Source: Obrimoposthia wandeli (Eukaryota). From it: 64,000 nt of DNA. The notes below the pieces were generated by a model. It was not told where the DNA came from. It saw only the letters and a program-made list of their open reading frames with translations, and did not search any database. Where the stretch lies: NCBI GenBank assembly GCA_977020255.1, contig CDROCS010000985.1, positions 1 to 64,000 on the forward strand. The letters run 5' to 3'. This document shows positions 53,083 to 63,343 of this stretch, piece by piece. The translations under genes were made by a program, and so were the position numbers. Position 1 is the first letter of the stretch, and each line of letters begins with the position of its first letter.

Positions 53083-54071
53083 GAGTAGCTATCCTTAAGT
53101 GGAAAATGACAGCTGACTTGATGACTATGAAAGTTTTTAATTTTGGGTGCGTGGACACATTTTTGCTGCGCTCTCGGACACCTAGGACCTAAACGGCAAC
53201 CAATAGGTAAATGTTGCAATATTGGAATACTGCCGGGCAAAGTCATCAACCTAGACTTGTTAGGTATCATCCTGTTTGCCCTAGGACTACTGTCGACTAA
53301 TGCTCGCGTGTAAGGATGATAAGGTTGGTTAAATATTTGCTCTGTTGTGCCTGCTTCAACGAATTGTCCGCTGTACATTACGGTGATAGAGTTTGTCCAA
53401 TGTGTAACATTTTCTAAATCATGACTGATCAATAAAATCGACATGTTTTTCAGCTGATTTAAACTGGCCAATAGACGAAAAATTTGCCCCTGATTGGTAC
53501 TTTCCATTGCCGCCGTAGGCTCATCCGCAATCAGCAGCATTGGTCGTCGTGCTAAGGCCATCGCAATCATGACACGTTGGCATAAAGCATCGGTTAATTG
53601 ATGCGGGAAGCTTTTCACACAAATTTCGTGTTGTTTAATGCCAACCTTATGTAATAAAGTAATTGCTGCCAATTTTCGTTGTTGGCGTTTTTGCCAAAAA
53701 AATCCCGTTAACTGCTCAACATCGACGGCTTCTTCGAGTTGCTCGCCTATGGTTGTTGTTGGATCTAAGCAGGCCATTGGCTCTTGAAAAATCATCGCGA
53801 CGTCTTTTGAAATAATCGCTTTTCTTTCTTCTGCAGATAAACGCATTAAATCGTTGCCCCGCCAATGAAAGCGGTCAGCATCAACTTTCCATTTTTCATC
53901 AAGTACACCAACTATTGCTTGTGCTAGCAAAGACTTTCCTGAGCCTGACTCTCCTACTAAACCGCGTACTTCACCTTCTTTCATGGTCAGGTTGACACGG
54001 TCTACGGCGAGTATCGGCTTTGTTGACGTTTGTAATTCAATAGACAGGTTGCGGATATCAATTAAGTTCAT
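53079..54071 (-). CDS. sapD: Peptide ABC transporter ATP-binding protein
   Basis: GESGSGKS, degenerate signature, C-terminal LPIGCRLGPRCP. Confidence 0.9.
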   Translation of the reverse strand: MNLIDIRNLSIELQTSTKPILAVDRVNLTMKEGEVRGLVGESGSGKSLLAQAIVGVLDEKWKVDADRFHWRGNDLMRLSAEERKAIISKDVAMIFQEPMACLDPTTTIGEQLEEAVDVEQLTGFFWQKRQQRKLAAITLLHKVGIKQHEICVKSFPHQLTDALCQRVMIAMALARRPMLLIADEPTAAMESTNQGQIFRLLASLNQLKNMSILLISHDLENVTHWTNSITVMYSGQFVEAGTTEQIFNQPYHPYTRALVDSSPRANRMIPNKSRLMTLPGSIPILQHLPIGCRLGPRCPRAQQKCVHAPKIKNFHSHQVSCHFPLKDSYS

Positions 54072-54964
54072 TAGCTTTCCTTACGCACTTTAAGTGCATG
54101 ACGCATGCCTTCACCGACCAGATTTGTGGCAATAACAGAAAACAAAATGGCTAAACCAGGTAAGTAAACCGTCCAAGGAGCAATATAAAATAGCTCAATA
54201 CCATTAGCCAACATTGCCCCCCATTCAGGCATCGGAATAGGTGCGCCTAAGCCAAGAAAACCCAGTGCTGCAATGTCTAGAATAGCGGCTGATTGAGCAA
54301 GTGTTGCTTGGCTGATAAGTTTTTCAATAATATTTGGAAAAATAGAATAACGTAAAATTCTCAGCGAACTTGCGCCATCAAGTCGAGACGCCAGAACATA
54401 ATCTTTCGCAAATTCTTCTTTAACCGCATTACGGGTGATATGAACAAATTGGGGGATCAGCACCATGATAATAGCCCAAAGCGTATTTTCTAATCCGGGC
54501 CCAAGTATCGCGACAATAATAATCGCTAAAAGCAATGAAGGAATCGATAAAATAACATCGAGGAAGTGATTGAGAAAACTTGATTTAATGCCTGTGGTTA
54601 GTGCTGACAAAGAGCCTATGATGACACCAATCGCTAAAGAGGCCATAACCACAATAATGCTTAAACCAAAGGTCAAAGAAGTACCGTGAATTAAGCGTGA
54701 AAGCATATCTCGGCCTAAATTATCAGTGCCAAGCAGAAAGCTGACATTACCGTCATCACTCCATGCCGGAGGCAATAATAAATGGTCTAAATGATTTTCT
54801 ACAGAAGAGTAAGGCGTAATTATAGTCGCTAATACTGCCAGTACGATTAAGAATAGAAAACAGCCAAAGCCAATCATCACAACCGGAGGCTCTTTAAAGT
54901 TATGCCACAATTGCATTAAAGGCGTTGGAAACTCTTCCTCTTGATAAATTTTATCACGTGCCAT
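54071..54964 (-). CDS. sapC: Peptide ABC transporter permease
   Basis: FLLGTDNLGRD, EAA-like loop ASRLDG. Confidence 0.9.
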   Translation of the reverse strand: MARDKIYQEEEFPTPLMQLWHNFKEPPVVMIGFGCFLFLIVLAVLATIITPYSSVENHLDHLLLPPAWSDDGNVSFLLGTDNLGRDMLSRLIHGTSLTFGLSIIVVMASLAIGVIIGSLSALTTGIKSSFLNHFLDVILSIPSLLLAIIIVAILGPGLENTLWAIIMVLIPQFVHITRNAVKEEFAKDYVLASRLDGASSLRILRYSIFPNIIEKLISQATLAQSAAILDIAALGFLGLGAPIPMPEWGAMLANGIELFYIAPWTVYLPGLAILFSVIATNLVGEGMRHALKVRKES

Positions 54965-55982
54965 TATTAGGCTCCCTAGCGAGAGGATTTAATGCTGCAT
55001 AAACAAAATCGATAATGATATGAACGATAAATATAAAGCTTGATAGCACAATAAGCCCGCCTTGAATTGCGGTATAGTCGCGCTGATAAATACTTTCTAT
55101 TAACCAACGGCCTATACCCGGCCAACTAAAAATAACTTCAGTGACCATAGCAATAGTAATAAGGTTGGCAAACTGTAAACCAACATCACGAATAACTTTA
55201 ATGACAGCGTTGCGCATGGCATGACGATAAATTATTTGGCTAAAAGTTAAGCCTTTTGCTTTAGCTGCTTTTATATAATGCGTGTCTAAAACTTCGAGCA
55301 TGGCGGTACGTGCTAAACGCATAAAAATAGTTGCAGGTGCTAAAGCTACCACTATGACGGGTAAAATCAGGTGACGGGTAGCATCTTGAAAGGCTTGCCA
55401 TTTATAAGGGCTGTCACTGAGTAAAATGTCTACTAGCTGTAAACCAGTAACATACTTAATTTCAAACACCAGACTGATTTGACCGGCAGAAGGTAACCAG
55501 CCCAATTGGATAGAGAATACTAAGATAGCCAGTATACCTAACCAAAAAACTGGAATGGAATAACCTACCATAGCAATGGCTAGTATAAAATTATCAGGAG
55601 CTTTTCGGTGGTAAATTGCAGCGACGAAACCAATAGGAATACCGACAAACATCGCGACTAATAATGCCACACTGGTTAGTTCAATTGTGGCGGGTAAACG
55701 AGTAGATATTTCAGTCAATATAGGTAAGTGGCTGGTCATTGAGTAGCCCATATCGCCATGAAATAAATGACTAACATAGCTGAAATACTGGGTTAATAAA
55801 CTCGATTGCTGTTGATACTCTTTAGCTAAAGCCGTGAGTTGTTCTGGGGACGCATTTATTTGCCCGGTTAGATTGACCAGTTGCTCACCAGGAAATAAAA
55901 AACTTAAACTAAATGACAGTATTGTTAATAACAACATCGTAAAAAAGAATAAATTGAAGCGTCGTAGGGTAAAAATTAACAT
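54954..55982 (-). CDS. sapB: Peptide ABC transporter permease
   Basis: HGDMGYS, LPATIEL, FSWPGIG. Confidence 0.9.
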   Translation of the reverse strand: MLIFTLRRFNLFFFTMLLLTILSFSLSFLFPGEQLVNLTGQINASPEQLTALAKEYQQQSSLLTQYFSYVSHLFHGDMGYSMTSHLPILTEISTRLPATIELTSVALLVAMFVGIPIGFVAAIYHRKAPDNFILAIAMVGYSIPVFWLGILAILVFSIQLGWLPSAGQISLVFEIKYVTGLQLVDILLSDSPYKWQAFQDATRHLILPVIVVALAPATIFMRLARTAMLEVLDTHYIKAAKAKGLTFSQIIYRHAMRNAVIKVIRDVGLQFANLITIAMVTEVIFSWPGIGRWLIESIYQRDYTAIQGGLIVLSSFIFIVHIIIDFVYAALNPLAREPNNGT

Positions 55983-55983
55983 A

Positions 55984-57600
55984 TTAGTTTTTTGTAACCC
56001 CGTTAAAGTCGATACCGCCTATTGAACGTAATACTGTTCCATTGATGTTCATCGAGCGTGCTTCATACCTTTTTGAATGAGCAATAGGGATTAAAGGTAC
56101 CTCTTCATTAATCAACTTTAAGGCTTTTGAATAGTAAGCTTTACGACTATCGATATTACTTGTTTGTAACGCGTTTTGCACTAATTGGTCAAACTCTTCA
56201 TTACACCAAAAAGTTCTATTGCTGCCGGTGATTGCTGAGGTACAACTGAGCATGTTTGAAAAAAAATTGTCTGGATCTGGATGATCTGCCGACCAGCCTA
56301 GCAGTACACTTTGGTGCTCGCCCTCAGTGATCTTTCGTAAGAAGGTCGACCACTCATAATCTGAAACAATTTCTACGTTGATATTAATTTTTTGTAAATC
56401 TGCCTGAATTAGTTTTGCCATCGTAATGGCGTCAGGATTATAAGCGCGCTGCACGGGCATAGCCCATAAGTCCATAGAGAAGCCATCGCGATATCCCGCT
56501 TCTATTAATAATTCGCGTGCTTTAGATATTGAGTACTCCTGACCCTCTATCGATTCATCATAGGCCCAAGAAGAATTAGGAATAAGGCCATTAGCAATTT
56601 CAGCTTGGCCAGTATAAACCGTTTCAAGAATAGCCTGTTTATTGATGGCATAGGATAATGCTTTTCGTACCAAGGGATCATTAAAAGGCGGTTTACTGGT
56701 ATTAAAACCTAGGTAGCCAACATTGAAGGAAGTCACTGACTCTATAGAGAGGTTAGGATGCTGTCTAATTTTCTCGTGTGCAATAGGATAGGCGATAATG
56801 TCGCACTCGCCAGCTAATAGCTTAGTTAAACGGTTAGTATCTCGAGGGGTAATATCAAAGACTAACTGTTTTAGTTGTGATGGGCCGCGCCAATAACTCG
56901 CATGAGTTTCATAACGAATAAATGCGCCAGACTTATATCGCTTAAATTTAAAGGGCCCCGTGCCAATAGGTAACATATCAATATTTGCCATGGCGCCATC
57001 TTCAGCTAAGTTATCAGCGTACTCTTTAGAGAGTATAACCGCCGAATTACTACCAATATTGGCCAGAAAAGAACTGTCTGAATGCGTAAGACGAAAGCGT
57101 ATGGTGTGCTCATTGATTTTTTCGATACTGTCGATTAAATCGACTAGTTGTGCATTTTGGAAAAAAGGATATTTTGCACCTGATACATGATGATATTGAT
57201 GTTCAATATCTAACATACGGTTAAAGCTAAAGAGCACATCATCAGCATTGAGTTCACGGGTTGGCGTGAAATAAGCGGTTTGATGAAATTTAATGTCTTT
57301 ACGAAGATAAAAGGTGACCATTTTACCATCACGTGTCACATGCCAAGATTTGGCGATTGCTGGCACAATAGAGTTATCAGTGGGATTAAATTCAATTAAA
57401 CGGTTATATAGCTGATTTGCAGTTGCATCTATTGTTGTGCCAGAGGTAACTGTTTGTGGATTAAAACTTTCAGGCGCACCTTCACTACAATAAATAACAC
57501 TTTCTTTACTTAGAGAAAGTGCTTCGTTGGAGTCGCAGCCTGATAACACCAACGCGAGTAGTGTTAAGAAGTTGCAATATATAAATTTACAGTGAGTCAT
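55984..57600 (-). CDS. sapA: Peptide ABC transporter substrate-binding lipoprotein
   Basis: LSGC lipobox, YCSEG.PESFNPQ, PIGTGPF. Confidence 0.9.
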   Translation of the reverse strand: MTHCKFIYCNFLTLLALVLSGCDSNEALSLSKESVIYCSEGAPESFNPQTVTSGTTIDATANQLYNRLIEFNPTDNSIVPAIAKSWHVTRDGKMVTFYLRKDIKFHQTAYFTPTRELNADDVLFSFNRMLDIEHQYHHVSGAKYPFFQNAQLVDLIDSIEKINEHTIRFRLTHSDSSFLANIGSNSAVILSKEYADNLAEDGAMANIDMLPIGTGPFKFKRYKSGAFIRYETHASYWRGPSQLKQLVFDITPRDTNRLTKLLAGECDIIAYPIAHEKIRQHPNLSIESVTSFNVGYLGFNTSKPPFNDPLVRKALSYAINKQAILETVYTGQAEIANGLIPNSSWAYDESIEGQEYSISKARELLIEAGYRDGFSMDLWAMPVQRAYNPDAITMAKLIQADLQKININVEIVSDYEWSTFLRKITEGEHQSVLLGWSADHPDPDNFFSNMLSCTSAITGSNRTFWCNEEFDQLVQNALQTSNIDSRKAYYSKALKLINEEVPLIPIAHSKRYEARSMNINGTVLRSIGGIDFNGVTKN

Positions 57601-57609
57601 AGCTAATAC

Positions 57610-58704
57610 TTATTCTTCGTCTGCACTACTTGAATCGAGTAAGTTATATTTTTTTAAGTAGCCTCTTAACTGATGATAGGTTAATTCTAAGGCGTCAGCG
57701 GTTTTCTTTTGATTATATTGGCAACTTGCCAACGCAGACTTGATCAAATCGACTTCATAGTCCTGCGATAGTGTTTTTAATGATAGGGGAAACTGTAATG
57801 CTTTGCTTGCAGGCTGAATTTTTTGCTCAACCTTTGCTGGAGTCGATGTTATGTTGTCATTACTCTCAGGTGCAGGAGCAGTAACTATGCGATCTTGAGT
57901 TTTAATACGGCCCGTTGGGCGGTAAGGCGATTCAAAAGGGTCAATAATTAGCTCATGCACAGGTAAATGAGGGTTGTTACAGCGATAAACACTGCGCTCT
58001 ACAACATTTTTTAATTCTCGAATATTACCCGGCCATTGATGTTCAAGCAGTGCTCTTTTTGCCTTTTCGGTAAAACCACTGAACAGTTCAAACTCTAACT
58101 CTCGTGCCATGTTAATGGCAAAGTGCTCAGCTAATACTAGAATATCATCTAAACGTTCTCGCAGTGGTGGCAGTGTAATAACATCAAAGGCGAGTCTGTC
58201 GAGTAAATCAGCACGAAATTCACCTGCTGCAGCCATCGAAGGTAAGTCTTCATTCGTTGCCGCAACTAAGCGTGCATTGGTTTTAATCGTTCTTGAACCA
58301 CCAACGCGCTCAAACTCGCCATACTCAACAACACGTAATAACTTTTCTTGGATCAACCCTGAGGTATTGGCTATTTCGTCTAAAAATAAGGTGCCGTTAT
58401 CTGCTCTTTCAAAACGGCCTTCATGACGTTTGCTTGCACCGGTGAAAGCGCCGCTGTCGTAACCAAATAATTCGCTTTCTAATAAATTTTCATTTAACGC
58501 CGCGCAATTAAGTTTAAGATAATTTTGGTCCCATCGTTTTGATAGGTAATGTAAACGGGCAGCAACAAGTTCTTTACCTGTGCCACGTTCACCAATAATA
58601 AGAACCGGTTTGCTTAACGGTGCAATCTGAGAAATTTGCTCTAAAACTTCTAAAAAGTTGTTTGATTGACCGATGAGATTATCTTGTTGATTAAAACGTG
58701 TCAT
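57610..58704 (-). CDS. pspF: Phage shock protein operon sigma-54 activator
   Basis: GERGTGKE, GAFTGA, C-terminal HTH YHQLRG; no N-terminal regulatory domain; divergent from pspA. Confidence 0.96.
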   Translation of the reverse strand: MTRFNQQDNLIGQSNNFLEVLEQISQIAPLSKPVLIIGERGTGKELVAARLHYLSKRWDQNYLKLNCAALNENLLESELFGYDSGAFTGASKRHEGRFERADNGTLFLDEIANTSGLIQEKLLRVVEYGEFERVGGSRTIKTNARLVAATNEDLPSMAAAGEFRADLLDRLAFDVITLPPLRERLDDILVLAEHFAINMARELEFELFSGFTEKAKRALLEHQWPGNIRELKNVVERSVYRCNNPHLPVHELIIDPFESPYRPTGRIKTQDRIVTAPAPESNDNITSTPAKVEQKIQPASKALQFPLSLKTLSQDYEVDLIKSALASCQYNQKKTADALELTYHQLRGYLKKYNLLDSSSADEE

Positions 58705-58719
58705 TTACTGACCTAATAA

Positions 58720-58757
58720 TTGGTTTTTTTCACTAACAAATAGTGTATTTTATTAAC
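58720..58757. promoter_or_regulatory. Probable PspF upstream activator sequences
   Basis: TTGGTTTTTTTCACTAA and TAGTGTATTTTATTAA resemble the two E. coli pspA UAS dyads. Confidence 0.5.
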
Positions 58758-58829
58758 AGCTTAGATAGAAGTCTTTTTTTAATTATTAATAATACTTATT
58801 AATTCATGATGTTAGCGAGTTTTAAAAAC

Positions 58830-58846
58830 TTGGCGCAGAACGTGAA
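58830..58846 (+). promoter_or_regulatory. Sigma-54 (-24/-12) promoter of pspA
   Basis: TTGGCGCAGAACGTGAA: TGGC at -24, variant -12. Confidence 0.6.
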
Positions 58847-58896
58847 TACTAAAAAGGTAAGACAATTTAAGCCATTTATTGAACGAGGAAGTAATT

Positions 58897-59568
58897 ATGG
58901 GTGTTTTTTCAAGATTCACAGATATCATTAACTCTAATATTAACAACTTATTAGACAAAGCAGAAGATCCTGCAAAAATGGTGCGCTTGATCATACAAGA
59001 GATGGAAGATACGTTAGTTGAAGTGCGTTCTTCATCAGCAAAAACCTTAGCAGACAAAAAGGAATTGGCACGCCAAGCGAGCCGTTTTGAAGCTGATGCA
59101 ACAAACTGGCAAGAAAAAGCCGAATTGGCATTAAGTAAAGGGCGTGAAGATTTAGCTCGTGCCGCATTGATGGAAAAGAAAAAGTGTGTCGAAAATGCCG
59201 GCTCTTTACGTGAAGAGTTAACGCACATAGATGGTCATATTGCGAAATTACAAAATGAAATATCGCAATTACAAGACAAACTAGCCGATGCTAAAGCGCG
59301 TCAAAAGTCGATCATTATGCGAGAGAAAACAGTCAATTCGCGTTTACAAGTGAAAAAGAAAATTGACAGTGACCGTGTTAACGATGCGTTAAGCCGCTTT
59401 GATCGCTATGAACGTAAAATTGATGATATTGAAGCACAGGTTGAATCTTACGACATGGGCAGTAAGTCATTAGCGGATGAAATTGCCGATTTAGCATCAG
59501 ATGAAAAAGTTGATGATGAATTAGCGCAATTAAAAGCTAAAATGAAATCTGAAGCTAAAAGCAAATAA
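58897..59568 (+). CDS. pspA: Phage shock protein A
   Basis: MGVFSRFTDIINSN, AEDPAKM, coiled coil. Confidence 0.97.
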   Translation: MGVFSRFTDIINSNINNLLDKAEDPAKMVRLIIQEMEDTLVEVRSSSAKTLADKKELARQASRFEADATNWQEKAELALSKGREDLARAALMEKKKCVENAGSLREELTHIDGHIAKLQNEISQLQDKLADAKARQKSIIMREKTVNSRLQVKKKIDSDRVNDALSRFDRYERKIDDIEAQVESYDMGSKSLADEIADLASDEKVDDELAQLKAKMKSEAKSK

Positions 59569-59621
59569 TCATACGTTAATAGCGCATACCTTGAATTAGG
59601 TGCAATTAAAGGAGAAGTATT

Positions 59622-59849
59622 GTGGAAGAAATTATTGTCGCTCCAGTTATTATATTCATGATAGTGGTAGCACCTATTTGGTTGATATTGCACTATCGTA
59701 GTAAACGTCAAATTAGTCAGGGTTTCAGTGAAGAAGAATATGTGCAATTGTCTGAGCTATCTCAGTTAGCTGACAAAATGGCTGATAGAATTAAAACCTT
59801 AGAAGCTATTTTGGATGCTGAAACGCCGGAGTGGAGAAACAAATTATGA
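59622..59849 (+). CDS. pspB: Phage shock protein B
   Basis: VAPIWLILHY, RIKTLEAILDAE. Confidence 0.95.
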   Translation: MEEIIVAPVIIFMIVVAPIWLILHYRSKRQISQGFSEEEYVQLSELSQLADKMADRIKTLEAILDAETPEWRNKL

Positions 59850-60337
59850 TCAGCAAAGGCCGAGGTGAGTTATATCGAAACACGAACCAAGGAAAGTTAG
59901 CCGGTGTATGTGCAGGCATTGCTGATTATTTTGGCTGGGAAACTTGGTTAGTTCGCATATTGGTAGTGTCAGGTGTGTTACTAGGCATGGGATGGTTTAT
60001 TGTTATCTATATTGCTGCATGGTTTATATTAGATAAAAAGTCGGGTAGCGCGACAAATGCTCAGCGCAATGCTCAAAAAGGGCATGCGGGATTTACGCCT
60101 AACGGCCAACAATCTAATCATCAGCAACGAACGACCCAACAGCAAGACTTTGATGAAGAGATAAGTAATGAGTCGATTAAAGTGAAATCAAGAATTTGGC
60201 AGGCAGGCGAGCCGCCAAAACAAGCATTTCATGATATTAGGCGCAAATTTAAGACGTTAGAGCGAGAGCTACAAGTTATTGAACGCTACGTCACATCACC
60301 AGAATTTACCGTATCAAGAGAAATCAATAAACTATAA
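59846..60337 (+). CDS. pspC: Phage shock protein C
   Basis: LAGVCAGIADYFG; C-terminal ERYVTS. Confidence 0.95.
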   Translation: MISKGRGELYRNTNQGKLAGVCAGIADYFGWETWLVRILVVSGVLLGMGWFIVIYIAAWFILDKKSGSATNAQRNAQKGHAGFTPNGQQSNHQQRTTQQQDFDEEISNESIKVKSRIWQAGEPPKQAFHDIRRKFKTLERELQVIERYVTSPEFTVSREINKL

Positions 60338-60361
60338 AAAAAGCGGCTTAGCCGCTTTTTT
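60336..60361 (+). terminator. Rho-independent terminator
   Basis: AAAAAAGCGGC-tta-GCCGCTTTTTT. Confidence 0.85.
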
Positions 60362-60445
60362 ATTGTCACTGACATTTATACTCGATAGGGTTACTGAGTA
60401 TTGCTATTAGCGGTCACTAGATATTGGCATTGGCTATTAAGGTTA

Positions 60446-60465
60446 ATCATTGTGATCACAATGAT
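60446..60465. promoter_or_regulatory. Perfect 20-bp palindrome, candidate operator upstream of ycjX
   Basis: ATCATTGTGA|TCACAATGAT. Confidence 0.4.
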
Positions 60466-60656
60466 AACAACCAGCGTTAAATGGGTATCATCAACATTGG
60501 CAAGCCGCTAGTATCGAAGACAATCATTTTATTGCAATAATCAATTATCCGCTAATAGCCGTTGAATTAATTCATCAAAATTGTCAAACTAAAACAGATT
60601 TTAAAGCATTATTATTGCTTTCAATATATTGAAAATATAAAAGATAACACTTAAAT

Positions 60657-62087
60657 ATGGCATTTATTAATAAAGCTAAATTAGAAAAGTTAAAACAAAA
60701 AGCTAGTGATATTGTTAATCGCTCTATCGATCAACATGTAACACTTGCCGTAACAGGGCTGAGTCGCAGTGGCAAAACTGCTTTTATTACTTCTCTTGTT
60801 AATCAACTACTCAATGAGGGCAGTAACTCACAACTCAGTTTTTTTAATGTTGTGCATCAAGACCGTTACATTGCCGCCAAACGCGTTCCGCAAAAACATC
60901 TACATATTCCAAGGTTTGAATATGACGGTGCATTCTCAGCATTGTGTCAGTCTCCACCACAATGGCCAAAGCCGACCAATGGTATTAGTGAGTTGCGCTT
61001 AGCGGTGCGTTATCAGCCGAAAGATTCCTTATTAAAATATGCGACAGAATCGGCAACACTTTATATTGATATAACCGATTATCCCGGTGAATGGTTACTC
61101 GACTTGCCTATGTTGTCGTTGACCTTTGAAGAATGGTCAGCACAAACCACGGCCCTACTCAAGCAAGCGCCTAGAAGTGAACACGCGGAGGCGTTTCTCG
61201 ATAAGTTAGCGCAGTTCGATCCCTTTGCTAGTGTTGATGAGGCGGTTTTAGCGCAATTATCACAAGAATATACTGACTTATTATTACTTTTTCGTCATCA
61301 ATTAGGTTTGTCAGTGATCCAACCCGGGCGCTTTATATTGCCAGGCGAGTTAGAAGATGCGCCAATATTACAGTTTTTTCCTTATAGCGGATTTGACGAA
61401 CTTGACAGTAACGACTACCAGAATGCAAAAGATGATTGTTATATTGGTATGTTACGTGCGCGCTTTATTGAATACAAAGAACGCGTTGTACGGCGCTTCT
61501 ACAAAGAGCACTTTATTAATTTCGATCGACAAATTGTACTCGCTGATTGCTTAACGCCACTCAATAACGGTCCAGAAAGTTTTGCTGACTTGCAAAACGC
61601 GATGGCGATGATCATGGAGAGTTTTCAGTATGGGCAGTCGAGTTTATTTTCACGTTTATTTTCGCCAAAAATTGACCGACTACTGTTTGCTGCAACCAAG
61701 GCGGACCATGTTACTCCTGAACAACACGATAATTTAGTTTCATTACTGAATAAACTGGTATTTCAGACGAAACAACAGCTGAGCTTTGATGCCATTAAAA
61801 TGAAAACACTAGCAATAGCTTCGGTAAAAGCAACAAAAGTAGGTAAAAGTTTGCATCAAGGCAAAAACATACCTGTTATTAAGGGAAGGCAATTAAGCAA
61901 TGACAAAATGCTGACCTTATTTCCAGGTACTGTGCCTGCAGGTATCCCTACGCTTGATTACTGGCAGACACAACCATTTAACTATATCGCTTTTGCGCCA
62001 ATCGAGTCAGCCAGTAAAGATGAATGTTTACCACATTTACGTATGGACCAAATGCTACAGTTTTTGCTTGGAGATAAATTAAAATGA
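60657..62087 (+). CDS. ycjX: YcjX family P-loop protein
   Basis: AVTGLSRSGKT, DYPGEWLLD, AATKADH, PHLRMD. Confidence 0.93.
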   Translation: MAFINKAKLEKLKQKASDIVNRSIDQHVTLAVTGLSRSGKTAFITSLVNQLLNEGSNSQLSFFNVVHQDRYIAAKRVPQKHLHIPRFEYDGAFSALCQSPPQWPKPTNGISELRLAVRYQPKDSLLKYATESATLYIDITDYPGEWLLDLPMLSLTFEEWSAQTTALLKQAPRSEHAEAFLDKLAQFDPFASVDEAVLAQLSQEYTDLLLLFRHQLGLSVIQPGRFILPGELEDAPILQFFPYSGFDELDSNDYQNAKDDCYIGMLRARFIEYKERVVRRFYKEHFINFDRQIVLADCLTPLNNGPESFADLQNAMAMIMESFQYGQSSLFSRLFSPKIDRLLFAATKADHVTPEQHDNLVSLLNKLVFQTKQQLSFDAIKMKTLAIASVKATKVGKSLHQGKNIPVIKGRQLSNDKMLTLFPGTVPAGIPTLDYWQTQPFNYIAFAPIESASKDECLPHLRMDQMLQFLLGDKLK

Positions 62088-63097
62088 TGAAAGAAAAAGC
62101 AAAGTATCAACAGCAAATTTTGTTTGATGAAGTAGAGTCTACTGATAATGGCGTGAAAGAAAATACGCCGCAAATTATTGTTGATGAGCAGGACTGGGTT
62201 TGTGATGAGCAAACTGAAAAGTTTGATGATAATGTTGTTACGATTGAGTCAAAGCCACGTTGGCTTTGGCGTACCTTAGGACTCGTGTTTGTTACCTTAG
62301 TCGGTGTTGAAGCCGTACAATTTTTTGTTGAAGGTTTTAGTCAATCGCCAATCATTGCCAGTTTATATGCCGTGCTACTAGGCGGCTTGTCAGTTATTTG
62401 TGCGCGTACGGTGTGGCGCGAGTTTTCAGGACTTAGGCAATTTAAATCTCAGCAAAGTATGAAACAGCAAGCGCAAGCTATCATCGATGACGAAGGTTCG
62501 ATAGATGCTGCAAGTCTTTGTGCTAAAATTTCCAAGCGTTTACCGTCCGATTTAGCTGAATTTGATCACAGTGCTTGGCAGCAATTAAACCTTGAAGAGT
62601 ATAACAATGGCGAAATTCTTCAGTTATATTCACGTACGGTGTTATCGCAGGTTGATCAAAAAGCGTTAAAGGAAATTGCAAAGTTCTCCTCTGAATCAGT
62701 TGTTTTAGTTGCGCTAAGCCCCATCGCTGTTATCGACATGTTGTTGATGCTGTGGCGAAATTTGCGTTTGGTCAATAAAATAGCCGCTTTGTATGGATTA
62801 AAGCTAAGTTATTGGAGCCGAGTAAAGTTAATTAAACAAGTTATTATCAATATGGCTTATGCTGGTGCCAGTGAGTTAGTGGCTGATTTGGGTGCCGATT
62901 TGTTAGGCGCTGAATTACTCGGTAAGCTATCAGCGCGTATGGCACAAGGTTTAGGCGCAGGCATGTTAACGGCACGATTAGGATTAAAGGCAATGCATTT
63001 ATGTCGCCCGATACCGTTTAGTGATGATGCACCTAAGCTGGGTCATATACGTCAAAAAATTGTTAGTCAGGTACAGTCATTAGTGAAAAAATCTTAA
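62084..63097 (+). CDS. ycjF: YcjF (TIGR01620) family membrane protein
   Basis: VALSP, QGLGAGMLTARLG, CRPIPF; overlaps the ycjX stop. Confidence 0.92.
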   Translation: MMKEKAKYQQQILFDEVESTDNGVKENTPQIIVDEQDWVCDEQTEKFDDNVVTIESKPRWLWRTLGLVFVTLVGVEAVQFFVEGFSQSPIIASLYAVLLGGLSVICARTVWREFSGLRQFKSQQSMKQQAQAIIDDEGSIDAASLCAKISKRLPSDLAEFDHSAWQQLNLEEYNNGEILQLYSRTVLSQVDQKALKEIAKFSSESVVLVALSPIAVIDMLLMLWRNLRLVNKIAALYGLKLSYWSRVKLIKQVIINMAYAGASELVADLGADLLGAELLGKLSARMAQGLGAGMLTARLGLKAMHLCRPIPFSDDAPKLGHIRQKIVSQVQSLVKKS

Positions 63098-63166
63098 TAA
63101 AGCACTGAAATTTAAGTTGATTTTTGTGTTGTATATATCCTTGTGCGGTAGGAATGTACAGTTGTG

Positions 63167-63184
63167 TGTAACACAAATTTTACA
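63167..63184. promoter_or_regulatory. TyrR/PhhR box
   Basis: TGTAAC-ACAAAT-TTTACA versus consensus TGTAAA-N6-TTTACA, upstream of phhA. Confidence 0.7.
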
Positions 63185-63343
63185 CCTTTATTGTTCTGGT
63201 CGAAAATTAGCCACTTTCAAAGTCGTGCTATTTCTACTGTTGTTGCCTTACTATTGATGCAACAACAGTAGCTTTAAACATCAAAATAAAATTAATAATC
63301 AAATCACTGACAAATTTGATGTTTACTCAGTAAGGTTAAAATA

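Noticed and set aside
493-62212. Remaining short ORFs in the track overlapping core genes (e.g. 1015-1374, 3709-4035, 4522-4848, 37912-38310, 40744-41154, 58812-59228)
   Set aside because: Antisense or out-of-frame shadows of well-supported genes, with no recognisable motifs.
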